This document shows positions 28,946 to 38,207 of a stretch of DNA of 64,000 bases, one piece after another. Location: assembly GCA_963764625.1 (NCBI GenBank), contig CAVXTH010000009.1, positions 640,001 to 704,000 of the forward strand, given 5' to 3'. Origin of the DNA: Candidatus Krumholzibacteriota bacterium. Its GTDB lineage: Bacteria; Krumholzibacteriota; Krumholzibacteriia; JAJRXK01. A program made the position numbers and the translations under genes. The notes under the pieces are model-generated. The model did no database searches, was not told the DNA's origin, and worked only from the letters and a program-made list of their open reading frames with translations. Numbering within the stretch: position 1 is the first letter of the stretch; every line of letters starts with the position of its first letter.

Positions 28946-30916
28946 TCACGGCCTGTATTCGTCCGTGGCCTGCAGCCGCGGCGGCGACGTTTGCACGACT
29001 GCGCTCGCTGTTGCGCTTGACGGTGCGTACGTGATGATGACGGGGCAGCTGGTGGCTGCACTGGCCGGCTGGTAGAGCGGCGTCGGGGGCTGCCCGAAGT
29101 AACAGATGTCCACTCCACCGCCGCAGTCGGGAACCAGTGATGGGTCCGTGCCGACGATCGGCGGGTCATGTTCCCAGTGGTTGTAGCGAACGTCAGCGTG
29201 CACCAGAGGGAGGACCTCCAGATTGGCTGCGTCATTGCAGGCGAGGACGTTGCCGTAGGCGTGCAGCGTATACTCGAGGCCTGCCGAGATGTCGACTCTC
29301 ACTTGGAGACCAGTGTATCCATTGTCAGCGATTGTGTTGAGTTTGCATACCAGCGTATCGCCGTCGGTTCGACCTGTGGCGACGATTCCCGCCTGACCAT
29401 TCAATAGAATGGTATTCGCTTCCACGAGAAAGTGCGTTGCGCTATCCAGAATGATGCCACTTCCGGCGCATTCCGTGACGGTGTTGTGATAGATGAAACC
29501 GTCGGTCGCCCCCGGGATTCCCCCCGCAGCGATGCCGTTTGTGCAGTTCGTGATGACGTTGTGCGTAACTCGTTCACCCGGGCCAAACATGTAGACCGCC
29601 GTCGTGGCGTCGGTGAAACGGGAGCTTGTGACCGAGGCATTGTCGCCGTAGAGCTTGACGGCCATGAGGAATCCTCTGAACGAGGAGGCAATGATACTAC
29701 CGTCATCGCCCAAGGAGACACCTTCAGCTGCGTCGGAGCCCATCGAACCATCAATCAAACAGAAGCTGATCGTCATTGCTTGGCCTTGGCTGTCGATCGT
29801 CAAATTTCCACCAGAGGCTCTCGGACGCACCACGCACGCATGCACGACGGCATCTGCGGCGCCGAGAATCATCGGGATCTGCATCGAGCTGATGATCGTC
29901 TCCAGGTACTGGATGCCGTTCGAAAGAAGAGTGCCCGTACCGACGAGGCGGGTTCCCGGCTTCAACTGGAGGGGAAAGACCTCTCCTGAGGACTCCGAGT
30001 ACGATCCCCTTGCCATGAAAATCGGCTCGTCGCCGCTCGTGTGATCGAGAGCCGTGGTGATGGTCTTGCAGGGATTCCCCGGCGCACCACAGGTGGGGGA
30101 GTCGGCGCCGGTGTTGACGTCGACGTAGATTCCCTCGCTCGACGAGTAGGTGACAGCGGACAATTCGGTTCGGTTCGTTTCGACGTTTCCGGCGGCATCC
30201 ATCGCGCGTACGACCGCATAGTAGGTCGTCCCGGGAGTCAACCCGGTCAACACGGTTGACTCCTCGCCGGAGGATGTCGCCGCGGTTGGTGTCGCGAAAC
30301 TCTGTCCGCCGCTCGTGGCGGCGAGATAGATGAGATAGGTGGTGTCGGCGGCCGGAGCCCCGGCCTCGGTGGCCGCCTGCCACGAGAGCGCAAGCGCGGT
30401 GTCCGAGAGCGGCCCGATCGAGCTCACACCGGAGAAATCGGGCGCTTGGACGTCAGCGCTCGTCACCATGGAGAGGGCGACCGTCTGATCGAGGGAATCC
30501 AAGCTCGCGTAGTGAACCCCGCGATAGATCGTCTGGCCGTTTCCATCCCGGGCCTCCACCTGAAAGCGCCGTGTGGGACCCCACGCGACATCGAGATTCT
30601 CTTCGACCAGACGATCCGGATTGGTGACGGTGCGGGTGAGGTCAGAAATGTCCTCACCGGAGACGGTGATCGTCACTTCGCTCACGCTGGCGGGCGTCGT
30701 CAGGACCGGTCCGGAGGCCAGGTGATTGTCCCAGGAGACGATGCGAAGCTGCACCCCGCCGCTCGGGGGTGGGGCTCCGCCGCCGTCGCTCGAGACGGGT
30801 GAGCTACCCCCGCAGCCGGTGAAGAGGGCTGCCGCCGTGAGCACCACGTCTGCCGCGAGCAGCAGACCCGCCGCCACTCCATTCGAAGACCTCTGATACG
30901 CACGCAACCAAGCCAT
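28946..30916 (-). CDS. lipoprotein with FN3, DUF1565-like and right-handed beta-helix domains
   Basis: Lipobox LFTGC; LTGLTPGTTYYAVVRAMD; YVDVNTGADS...PCKTITTAL...GEVFPL; N-x-I/G-I beta-helix repeats. Confidence 0.8.
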   Translation of the reverse strand: MAWLRAYQRSSNGVAAGLLLAADVVLTAAALFTGCGGSSPVSSDGGGAPPPSGGVQLRIVSWDNHLASGPVLTTPASVSEVTITVSGEDISDLTRTVTNPDRLVEENLDVAWGPTRRFQVEARDGNGQTIYRGVHYASLDSLDQTVALSMVTSADVQAPDFSGVSSIGPLSDTALALSWQAATEAGAPAADTTYLIYLAATSGGQSFATPTAATSSGEESTVLTGLTPGTTYYAVVRAMDAAGNVETNRTELSAVTYSSSEGIYVDVNTGADSPTCGAPGNPCKTITTALDHTSGDEPIFMARGSYSESSGEVFPLQLKPGTRLVGTGTLLSNGIQYLETIISSMQIPMILGAADAVVHACVVRPRASGGNLTIDSQGQAMTISFCLIDGSMGSDAAEGVSLGDDGSIIASSFRGFLMAVKLYGDNASVTSSRFTDATTAVYMFGPGERVTHNVITNCTNGIAAGGIPGATDGFIYHNTVTECAGSGIILDSATHFLVEANTILLNGQAGIVATGRTDGDTLVCKLNTIADNGYTGLQVRVDISAGLEYTLHAYGNVLACNDAANLEVLPLVHADVRYNHWEHDPPIVGTDPSLVPDCGGGVDICYFGQPPTPLYQPASAATSCPVIITYAPSSATASAVVQTSPPRLQATDEYRP

Positions 30917-31091
30917 TGGTACGAACTCCTGCCTGACCGGACCCCTCTGGCAATCCCGGACCTGGGGTTCCCGGCTGGGTACTCGTGAAACACTTCAGGG
31001 GCGCGAGATGGCAAGACGGAAATGAGGTCTTGCCAAAACTCCTCGCCCGCGTGTTCCCCCTGCATACCCCGTCGAGTGAGGAGGTCCCCTG

Positions 31092-34000
31092 ATGCATCCA
31101 CGACCCGCTGGCGCCCGTCCCCAGAGCGTTGCGCGACCCCAATTTCGCGCCGCTCTGGGGAGCGGAGTTGTTTCCCAGGTGGCGATTTCCGTGATCCTTA
31201 CATGTTCGCTCTTGGTGGGAATGCCATCCGCCCACGCCGCCTGGGAGAATGGGAACTGGTCGCCGATCTTTACCGCGACCAACGACATCGATTATCTCGA
31301 CGTCTGCAGTGACGGTGGGGAGGGCACCCTGGCCATCACGATGGACCCCGATCCCTACCCGCGCCGGGCGACCTTCACCAAGCTCTCGCGGTCGGGCAGC
31401 GAGATCTGGGGCAACGACGGGCGCTGGGTGGAGATCGACCTCTCATCCGGCGGGCAATCCGGTCCGGTGGCGATCGCGCCGGACGGGGCCGGGGGCGCGT
31501 TCTGCGCGTACCTGGAGAACTACACGACCACGAGCTACCTCCACTTGGTCCGCCGGGACGCAAGCGGCAATTTCGTGTGGGCCAAATACGTCGACAACGT
31601 GGGTCCTAACCCGGCAAGCGTCGGCGTGAAGTTGCTCGACGAACCGGGCGTCGGTGTCAACTTGGTGTACGCCAATGGGACGGGACAGCGACTTCTGGCC
31701 GCCCGTTACGACAACGACGGTAATCTGCTCTGGGGCGATCAGGTCAACGACTTCTACGCCCACAACGCCGGGCTGGGCCCTGCTAGCGGGTACGCGGAGT
31801 TCGACGCACGTTCCGACGGCCAGGGAGGGGTGCTGGTGGGTTGGATTCGCTACGACCCCGTCGAGTACCAGCAAAACGGCGTCTTGTTCGAGCAGGTCGG
31901 CGCGCAGAAGCTCGACAGTAGCGGCGCGCGCCAATGGGGCAGCGACGGCGTACTCATCTGGGCTGAACCCTACTTTCCCGAGGTGAGCATCTATCACGCC
32001 CGCATCGTCAGGGACGGTGCGGGAGGCGCCTACCTGATCACCAGCGGCGGACTGCGCGCCTACGGGCAGCACCTCAACTCGGTGGGGACGCCCACTTGGG
32101 GGAGTGGGGGAATCGTGGTGCAGGCAACGCCCAATGCGGGACCGAACGCCGACAGCGAGCCCGAGATCGTGTCGGACGAGAGTGGTGGCTTCATCCTGGT
32201 GCAGAGCGACGGCAACATCTACGCCCAGCGCATGGGCAGCACCGGCAACAAGCTCTGGGGTCCCGATGGCCTCACCATTGCTCAAGTGGACGAGCTGCAC
32301 GAGTACTTCGACAAACCCGCACTGGATGCCGACGCCTTCGGTGGCGCCCTGGTGGGGTGGAATCGTTGGGTCGATGGAGCAGAGTCCCTATGCGGCCTGC
32401 GAATCGACGCCAACGGCACCACGCTTTGGTATGAAGAGCATCTCTTCGACGCCCCTTCGAACGAATCGGTGCACGACATTCACGTGGTGGCCGACGGGCA
32501 CGGGAGCGGGCAGTTCGTGTGGCAGGAGACCGACGCTTCCGGCAACGACGACGTCTACGCACTGGGGGTCGACCTCAATGGGCAGCCGCCACAGCCATTC
32601 CTCTATGGCGTCATTCCTGAATCGGGTGAGCCAGGAGAAGTGGGTCCGGTGGCCATTTTCGGCGACTACCTCGATGCCAGCTACACCTACCAGCTTCGGC
32701 ACTCCGGTTCGGTGGCGCCGATCACCAGCCCGGTCGCTCTCAACTCGGGTTTGGTGCTCGCCACCGGGGATCTCACGGGGGCGCCTCTGGGGCGATGGGA
32801 TCTGGCCATGGCGCAGGGTACGAGCGACAAGTCGACGGTGATTGACGCGTTCGGAGTGGGCAATGCGCCGCCCTGCGATCAACCGCAACTGCTTGCCGCG
32901 CACACCGAGATGCTCTCCTTCGGCAGTATGCGCAAGTGCGCTTTCGACCACGAGGGCAACGTCCGGGCGGCTTCGATCTATCAGGAGGCGGGTACCGGTG
33001 ACTTCATCTTGGCGCTGTGGACCATTCAGCTGCCGCAGATGACGGCTAGTTCCCACGAGCTGCAGCGCTTCGGGCCCTCCGAGCAACCCACGGATCTCGC
33101 GTTCGCCATCGATGACGCCGATCGGAGTGTCGTGAGCTATGTCGTGCCCAACGAAGGTGTGCATCTCGAGCGCTATGTGCCTCCACCTCAGAACGATTAT
33201 CTAGACGGAGAGATCGCTGGCAATCCCACCGGCTCCTATTCGAATCCGACCTTGGCCATCGATGGTTCGGGAGATCCCCATGTCATCGTCGAATACGGGC
33301 CATCAGGTTCGCAGAATTTCCTCCACTTGTTCGGCGCAATGGGTGGATACGTTTGGGGCTATCTCGTCATCGCCAACAACACACACGACCCCGAGCTCAT
33401 CCGAGACGGCGACGATCTGAGGCTGGCCTACGTGTGCGACTCCAACATCCTCGGCCTGCAGGACATCCGGACCGTGGTGTACCATGATGGCTCGTGGCAG
33501 TCCTCCCTCGTCCAGACCTACGGCCTGGACCTGAGCTCTCCGACCCTGGCGTGGGATGGCGCGAACACCGTGCTTCTGGCTTGGATCGTCGACAACTCGG
33601 GCAATGGAAGCGCCTCCACTCTGATGACCACTCGGATCTCGGGGAGCGTGACGGATCCGCCCAAGCTTCGTTCCACCGACGGTTACGTGTACCGAGTCGA
33701 GGCGGGCGCCGCTGGAAAGGACGCCTTCACCCTGCTCACCCAGGAAACCGGTTCACCCATGCAGATCTTCGTGCGTTCGACCGATGGCTACGTGCTCTAT
33801 CCCAAGAAGCGGATCAATGCCTTCGACGAGAGTGACTGGCCTTCGCTTGCCGTGCAGCCGGGGGGCGAGCGCACCTTCGCTCTGTGGACGAATTACAACC
33901 ACCCCGAGAGCGGCACGAGCTGGTGGAGCTGGTACTGCGAGCTGACCGCCACCGCGGCGCCATCGATTTTGCCGCGGCCGATGAACTTGACGCTTCGTGC

Positions 34001-34259
34001 GGCGCCCAATCCCTTCAATCCGCGGACGGTATTCTCTTTCGATCTCTCGCGGGAGCAGTGGGTGAAGCTCGCCGTCTATGACTTGCACGGCCGGCGCGTG
34101 CGTCAACTCGTCGACGGCCTGCAGCCGGCGGGAACGCAACACGTCTCCTGGAACGGGATCGACGATCGGGGTACGCCGGTGGCCTCGGGGACCTACATCG
34201 CGCGCATGGAAACCGTCCAGGACGGGGTCTCGGTGACGAAGGTCGCGCTCGTGAAATGA
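31092..34259 (+). CDS. large secreted protein with propeller-like repeats and C-terminal FlgD-Ig-like domain (start uncertain)
   Basis: Signal ending AHA-AW; repeated DGxGG and AQRxxxxGxxLWG units; PNPFNPRT...VYDLHGRRVR...WNGIDDRG...SGTY...KVALVK. Confidence 0.82.
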   Translation: MHPRPAGARPQSVARPQFRAALGSGVVSQVAISVILTCSLLVGMPSAHAAWENGNWSPIFTATNDIDYLDVCSDGGEGTLAITMDPDPYPRRATFTKLSRSGSEIWGNDGRWVEIDLSSGGQSGPVAIAPDGAGGAFCAYLENYTTTSYLHLVRRDASGNFVWAKYVDNVGPNPASVGVKLLDEPGVGVNLVYANGTGQRLLAARYDNDGNLLWGDQVNDFYAHNAGLGPASGYAEFDARSDGQGGVLVGWIRYDPVEYQQNGVLFEQVGAQKLDSSGARQWGSDGVLIWAEPYFPEVSIYHARIVRDGAGGAYLITSGGLRAYGQHLNSVGTPTWGSGGIVVQATPNAGPNADSEPEIVSDESGGFILVQSDGNIYAQRMGSTGNKLWGPDGLTIAQVDELHEYFDKPALDADAFGGALVGWNRWVDGAESLCGLRIDANGTTLWYEEHLFDAPSNESVHDIHVVADGHGSGQFVWQETDASGNDDVYALGVDLNGQPPQPFLYGVIPESGEPGEVGPVAIFGDYLDASYTYQLRHSGSVAPITSPVALNSGLVLATGDLTGAPLGRWDLAMAQGTSDKSTVIDAFGVGNAPPCDQPQLLAAHTEMLSFGSMRKCAFDHEGNVRAASIYQEAGTGDFILALWTIQLPQMTASSHELQRFGPSEQPTDLAFAIDDADRSVVSYVVPNEGVHLERYVPPPQNDYLDGEIAGNPTGSYSNPTLAIDGSGDPHVIVEYGPSGSQNFLHLFGAMGGYVWGYLVIANNTHDPELIRDGDDLRLAYVCDSNILGLQDIRTVVYHDGSWQSSLVQTYGLDLSSPTLAWDGANTVLLAWIVDNSGNGSASTLMTTRISGSVTDPPKLRSTDGYVYRVEAGAAGKDAFTLLTQETGSPMQIFVRSTDGYVLYPKKRINAFDESDWPSLAVQPGGERTFALWTNYNHPESGTSWWSWYCELTATAAPSILPRPMNLTLRAAPNPFNPRTVFSFDLSREQWVKLAVYDLHGRRVRQLVDGLQPAGTQHVSWNGIDDRGTPVASGTYIARMETVQDGVSVTKVALVK

Positions 34260-34335
34260 GTGAATCACGGAGTGAGCTGGGGCACCTTCAGACGCAAACA
34301 ATGTTTCCGACCGCAGGTGGCCAGTTCACTGCGCC

Positions 34336-35373
34336 CTACTTCAGATGCAGGCGGTAGCGTGTGACCAGGGGACCGGTATCAGTCTCGGTGCGCACGAAGA
34401 TGCGTCCCTTGGGGTCGTGACCCAAGAGAGAGAAGATTCCCTCGATACGCTCGCTGGCCAGCAAGTGCAACTGCGCGTCGTAGCAACAGAGCATGCTCTC
34501 CTTGGCCCCATCCTCAAGCCGTCGGTAAGCCGTCGTGATTACGAGACTATCGGGACGGACCTCGATTCCGGTGCTCCCGCCCGGGAATCCCACTTTGAAA
34601 CTCCCGTGCGTGTAATCAATGACCGGCGGAGGCGGGACGAAGTCTCCTGCTCCTTCATCCGTGCTTGCGAGTAGTGCCCCGTCAGGGGTGTACTTGCGCA
34701 GTTCGTAGGGTGTCCTCTGCACGTAGTACAGCGCACCCTTGGGGCCGATGTCGAGGTAACCGGCCGCATGAAACCCCTCGTCCCGGATGTCCACCTCCTT
34801 GCCTACCGCGTAGGTGTCGCCGAAGGATCGCAGGAGTTTCCACTGGGGCGAGTACACCTGGATGACCTGGTGGTGCAGAGCGACTGGTGAGACGATGTAG
34901 AGGCTTCCCGAGCTATCGAACTTCAACGAATAGGTCGATGGCCCGCTCTCCTCTCGTATGAACTCATCCAGGAACTTGCCCTCGGTGTCGAGTAGGGTGA
35001 CCCGTCCACCGATCCCGGCGAAGGCAAGGCGATCGCGATCATCGATCCCCATCACGAAGAGGTCCATGAGCTCGCCGGGCCCCGCGCCTGCCGAGCCGAA
35101 CTTGCCCAGAAACTCACCGGAATCGGAGAAGTGGTCGATTTGATACAACCCAAAATCCCCGAAATAGAGATCGCCGTGGGAATCCACCACGATGCTGTTC
35201 ACGTGGTGGAGCAGCACCCCGTCCCGGTCCGGTTCGCTCCCGATCACCAGATCGGGCTCGAGCGCGATCTTGCGAGGCCCTACTCTGGAGGACTTGACCG
35301 TACAACTCGCAAGAATGGTAGCAAGGAGTGCGAAAAGACAGAGCAGTACGACGACAGTTCGTCTCACATTCAA
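34336..35373 (-). CDS. 6-bladed beta-propeller (NHL-like) lipoprotein
   Basis: Lipobox LASC; VDSHGDLY, FGSAGAGPGEL repeats. Confidence 0.8.
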   Translation of the reverse strand: MNVRRTVVVLLCLFALLATILASCTVKSSRVGPRKIALEPDLVIGSEPDRDGVLLHHVNSIVVDSHGDLYFGDFGLYQIDHFSDSGEFLGKFGSAGAGPGELMDLFVMGIDDRDRLAFAGIGGRVTLLDTEGKFLDEFIREESGPSTYSLKFDSSGSLYIVSPVALHHQVIQVYSPQWKLLRSFGDTYAVGKEVDIRDEGFHAAGYLDIGPKGALYYVQRTPYELRKYTPDGALLASTDEGAGDFVPPPPVIDYTHGSFKVGFPGGSTGIEVRPDSLVITTAYRRLEDGAKESMLCCYDAQLHLLASERIEGIFSLLGHDPKGRIFVRTETDTGPLVTRYRLHLK

Positions 35374-35416
35374 TTCCTCACTTCAGTCGAATGTCATCCT
35401 CCCGAGCACAATGCCT

Positions 35417-37243
35417 TTATAACAGCGGATCGTCATTCTCCACGATCTGGTAAAACAGCCCCCACGCGCCCGGACCCACGTGGGTGCCGATGACGCCGGT
35501 GATCTGGCCGCGGAAACTCTCCACGATCTCATTGCGCTCACGCACCCGCTCTTCGGCTTGTTCCAGGCGCGAGCCCCCGGTGGAATCGAGAACGCCCAGC
35601 CGCACTCTCTTGCCCACTGGAACTGCCTCCTCGAAAGTGCTCAATACCTTTTCGAAGGCCTCGTCATCGCCGCGAACTTTCGATATCGGCTTCACTTCAC
35701 CGTCCATCACCGTGAGCACCGGCCTCATGCGCAAGAGGCTGCCGATCAGATGCGCGGCGGTGCCGATGCGCCCGCCTTTCTTCAGGTAGTCCAGGGTGGC
35801 GACGGTGAAGAGGAGTCCGCCACGCTCGCGCCATCGCTTCAGCCAGCCGAGAATGTCATCGACGCTCGCGCCCCTCTGCGCCAGGCGAGCCGCACACACC
35901 ACCTGCATGCCCAGGGTGACGCTGATGGTGTTGGAATCGAAGATCTCCACCCGCGGATGGTCCACGAGCCTGGCCGCGCTGAGTGCGGAGCGGTAGGTCC
36001 CCGAGAGTTTCTGAGCGAGAGTGACGATGATCACCTCGCGGTCGCTCCGAATGCGCTCGATCGCATTCACGAATTCACGCGGAGGTGGTTGGCTCGTGGT
36101 GGGGTGGTGCTCGTCCTCTACCAGCTTTTCGTAGAAATCCCTCGTGCTCAGGTCGATCTGGTCGCGGTACACCTCGTCGCCGAAGAGGATCGAGAGGGGT
36201 GCCATCTCGATCCCGTACTCCTGCCGCGTTTCGGCGCTCAGATCGCAGGTGGAATCGCAAAGGATGGCCACGGTCTTGGGCTGCTGCTCGAGGGGAACCA
36301 GCGGCTCTTGCTGGTGCGTCTGCCGCTCCTCGCTCTGACGGAGCATGTCGTCCACTTTGCGCTCTTCGATCGTGCCCCAGCGTTGCGCCAGGTGGAACAC
36401 CTCGTCGGGGTGGTCGGTGTGAATGTGGAGTTTGAAGACCTCGCCGGTGGTTGCCAGAAGCATGGATGAGCCAAGATGGTTGAAGCGCGCTTTGAGCAGA
36501 GTGGGATCGAAGTTGCGTCCGCGAACCACCACTTCGGTGCAATAGCGCCCGTCCAATTGCTCTACGCTCACCGCGATGTGCGAGGTATCGGCGTGGAGGT
36601 CCTCTTCCCGGGCCACCGGCGGGGGCGCGCCCTCCAGGGTTCGTTTCACCCCTTCGAAGAAATGCACGAAGCCCTGTCCACCCGCGTCCACCACTTTTGA
36701 TTCTCTCAGGATCGCGAGCATTTCGGGCGTTCGTTTCAGGGCGGCCTTGGCGGCATCGAGAAACTCGTCCATGATCCCGCCCACGTCGTGCCCGTTCTCC
36801 GCCGCCCTCGCCGCCGCATCGCTCCCCTCACGCATGACGGTGAGGATGGTGCCTTCCTGCGGTTTGTCGATCGCCTCGTAGACTTGCATGGTGGCGCGGC
36901 CAAGGGCGTGCGCGAGATCTTCTGCGCCGATGCGCGCTTTTTTTCCCAGGGCCTTGGAAAACCCCAGGAACCAGTGGGCCATGATCAAGCCGCTGTTGCC
37001 CTTGGCGCCCAGTATGCTGGCTTCGGCGATGTCCTGCGAGGCCCGCGCGAGGTCATCATCGTCGCTCCTTTTGGCCGCATCCGCGCTGGCCGAAAGGCTC
37101 AGGGCCATGTTCGTGCCGGTATCGCCGTCGGGAACCGGAAAGACGTTGATCCTGTTCAGGTGCTCGCGCATTTGGCGCACCCACTCCGCTCCGGCGACCA
37201 CGGCGCGGCGAAATCGCTTTCCATCTATGTAACGGATTCCCAT
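35417..37243 (-). CDS. DAK2 (FakA)-DegV (FakB) fusion, fatty acid kinase
   Basis: LNRINVFPVPDGDTGTNM, GAKGNSG, EGTILTV, VDAGG, YCTE, KLHIHTD; then DSTCDL, TTSQPP, LSGTY, YLKKGGRIG, IGTHVGPG. Confidence 0.9.
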   Translation of the reverse strand: MGIRYIDGKRFRRAVVAGAEWVRQMREHLNRINVFPVPDGDTGTNMALSLSASADAAKRSDDDDLARASQDIAEASILGAKGNSGLIMAHWFLGFSKALGKKARIGAEDLAHALGRATMQVYEAIDKPQEGTILTVMREGSDAAARAAENGHDVGGIMDEFLDAAKAALKRTPEMLAILRESKVVDAGGQGFVHFFEGVKRTLEGAPPPVAREEDLHADTSHIAVSVEQLDGRYCTEVVVRGRNFDPTLLKARFNHLGSSMLLATTGEVFKLHIHTDHPDEVFHLAQRWGTIEERKVDDMLRQSEERQTHQQEPLVPLEQQPKTVAILCDSTCDLSAETRQEYGIEMAPLSILFGDEVYRDQIDLSTRDFYEKLVEDEHHPTTSQPPPREFVNAIERIRSDREVIIVTLAQKLSGTYRSALSAARLVDHPRVEIFDSNTISVTLGMQVVCAARLAQRGASVDDILGWLKRWRERGGLLFTVATLDYLKKGGRIGTAAHLIGSLLRMRPVLTVMDGEVKPISKVRGDDEAFEKVLSTFEEAVPVGKRVRLGVLDSTGGSRLEQAEERVRERNEIVESFRGQITGVIGTHVGPGAWGLFYQIVENDDPLL

Positions 37244-37370
37244 AGTGGCAATCCTAGAGGGGGTTTGCGGCGCCGGCAAGCATCCCTTGGGCCTTCCAGC
37301 GCAAGTGAGGGTCGTCATCCGGCCACGGGCGGTATATGATTGAACTACGATCCCAAGCCACGAGGTCATC

Positions 37371-38207
37371 ATGTTCCAGAGTCACGCGCGGCAGCGCTTC
37401 ACCGAGATGGTGAAGAGTGACGAAGCGGAAATCGATCTTCTCGTAGCCTCTCTTCTCATCGCGCAAGAGGAGTACCCCGAGGTTTCGATCGAGGAATGCG
37501 TCGACCAGGTCGAACGCATCGCGGAGAGACTCGCGAGCCACGTCGACTCGGCCTCAGGTTTCCACAACATCGCCTATGCGCTCAAGCAGCTTCTCTTCGT
37601 CGAAATGGGATTCGTGGGCAACGCCGCCCGCTACGACGATCCCGACAATTCCATGATGAACAAAGTGCTCACCCGCCGAAAGGGAATTCCCATCAGCCTG
37701 AGTATTCTCACCATGGAGGTCCTCGAACGCGCGACCGGCGTGGCTCTGCTAGGGGTCGATTTCCCCGGTCATTTTCTTCTGGCCCACGATGACCCCGACG
37801 GGGGGACTCTCTACGTCGATCCCTTCCACAGGGGACGAATCCTGCTGGAGGAAGAACTCCAGGGAAGACTCAGCCAGCGCGCGAGTTCCAAAGTGACGCT
37901 GGAGGAAGCGCACCTGCGGCGCATGAGCGCGCGGCGCATCCTCATCCGCTTGCTCTCGAATCTGAAACTTCTCTACGCCCGCCGCAGGGACGTCTCGCGC
38001 ACCCTTTCGGTGGTGGAGAGGATCGTTCTGCTGCATCCCGAATCGGCGGAAGAGCGGCGCGATCGCGGCATCCTCTATGGTCTGAGCGGCCTGCGCATGG
38101 CCGCCATCGCCGATCTGGAGGACTATCTCACCATGCGGCCCGAAGCGCGTGACGCCGAGCAGATCCGCCTCCGTCTGGAGCGCCTGCTCCGGCAAGGACC
38201 GGCTTGA
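37371..38207 (+). CDS. SirB1/transglutaminase-like protein with TPR
   Basis: GFVGN..Y.DPDNS, RRKGIPISL, FPGHFL, YVDPF, RDRG. Confidence 0.88.
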   Translation: MFQSHARQRFTEMVKSDEAEIDLLVASLLIAQEEYPEVSIEECVDQVERIAERLASHVDSASGFHNIAYALKQLLFVEMGFVGNAARYDDPDNSMMNKVLTRRKGIPISLSILTMEVLERATGVALLGVDFPGHFLLAHDDPDGGTLYVDPFHRGRILLEEELQGRLSQRASSKVTLEEAHLRRMSARRILIRLLSNLKLLYARRRDVSRTLSVVERIVLLHPESAEERRDRGILYGLSGLRMAAIADLEDYLTMRPEARDAEQIRLRLERLLRQGPA

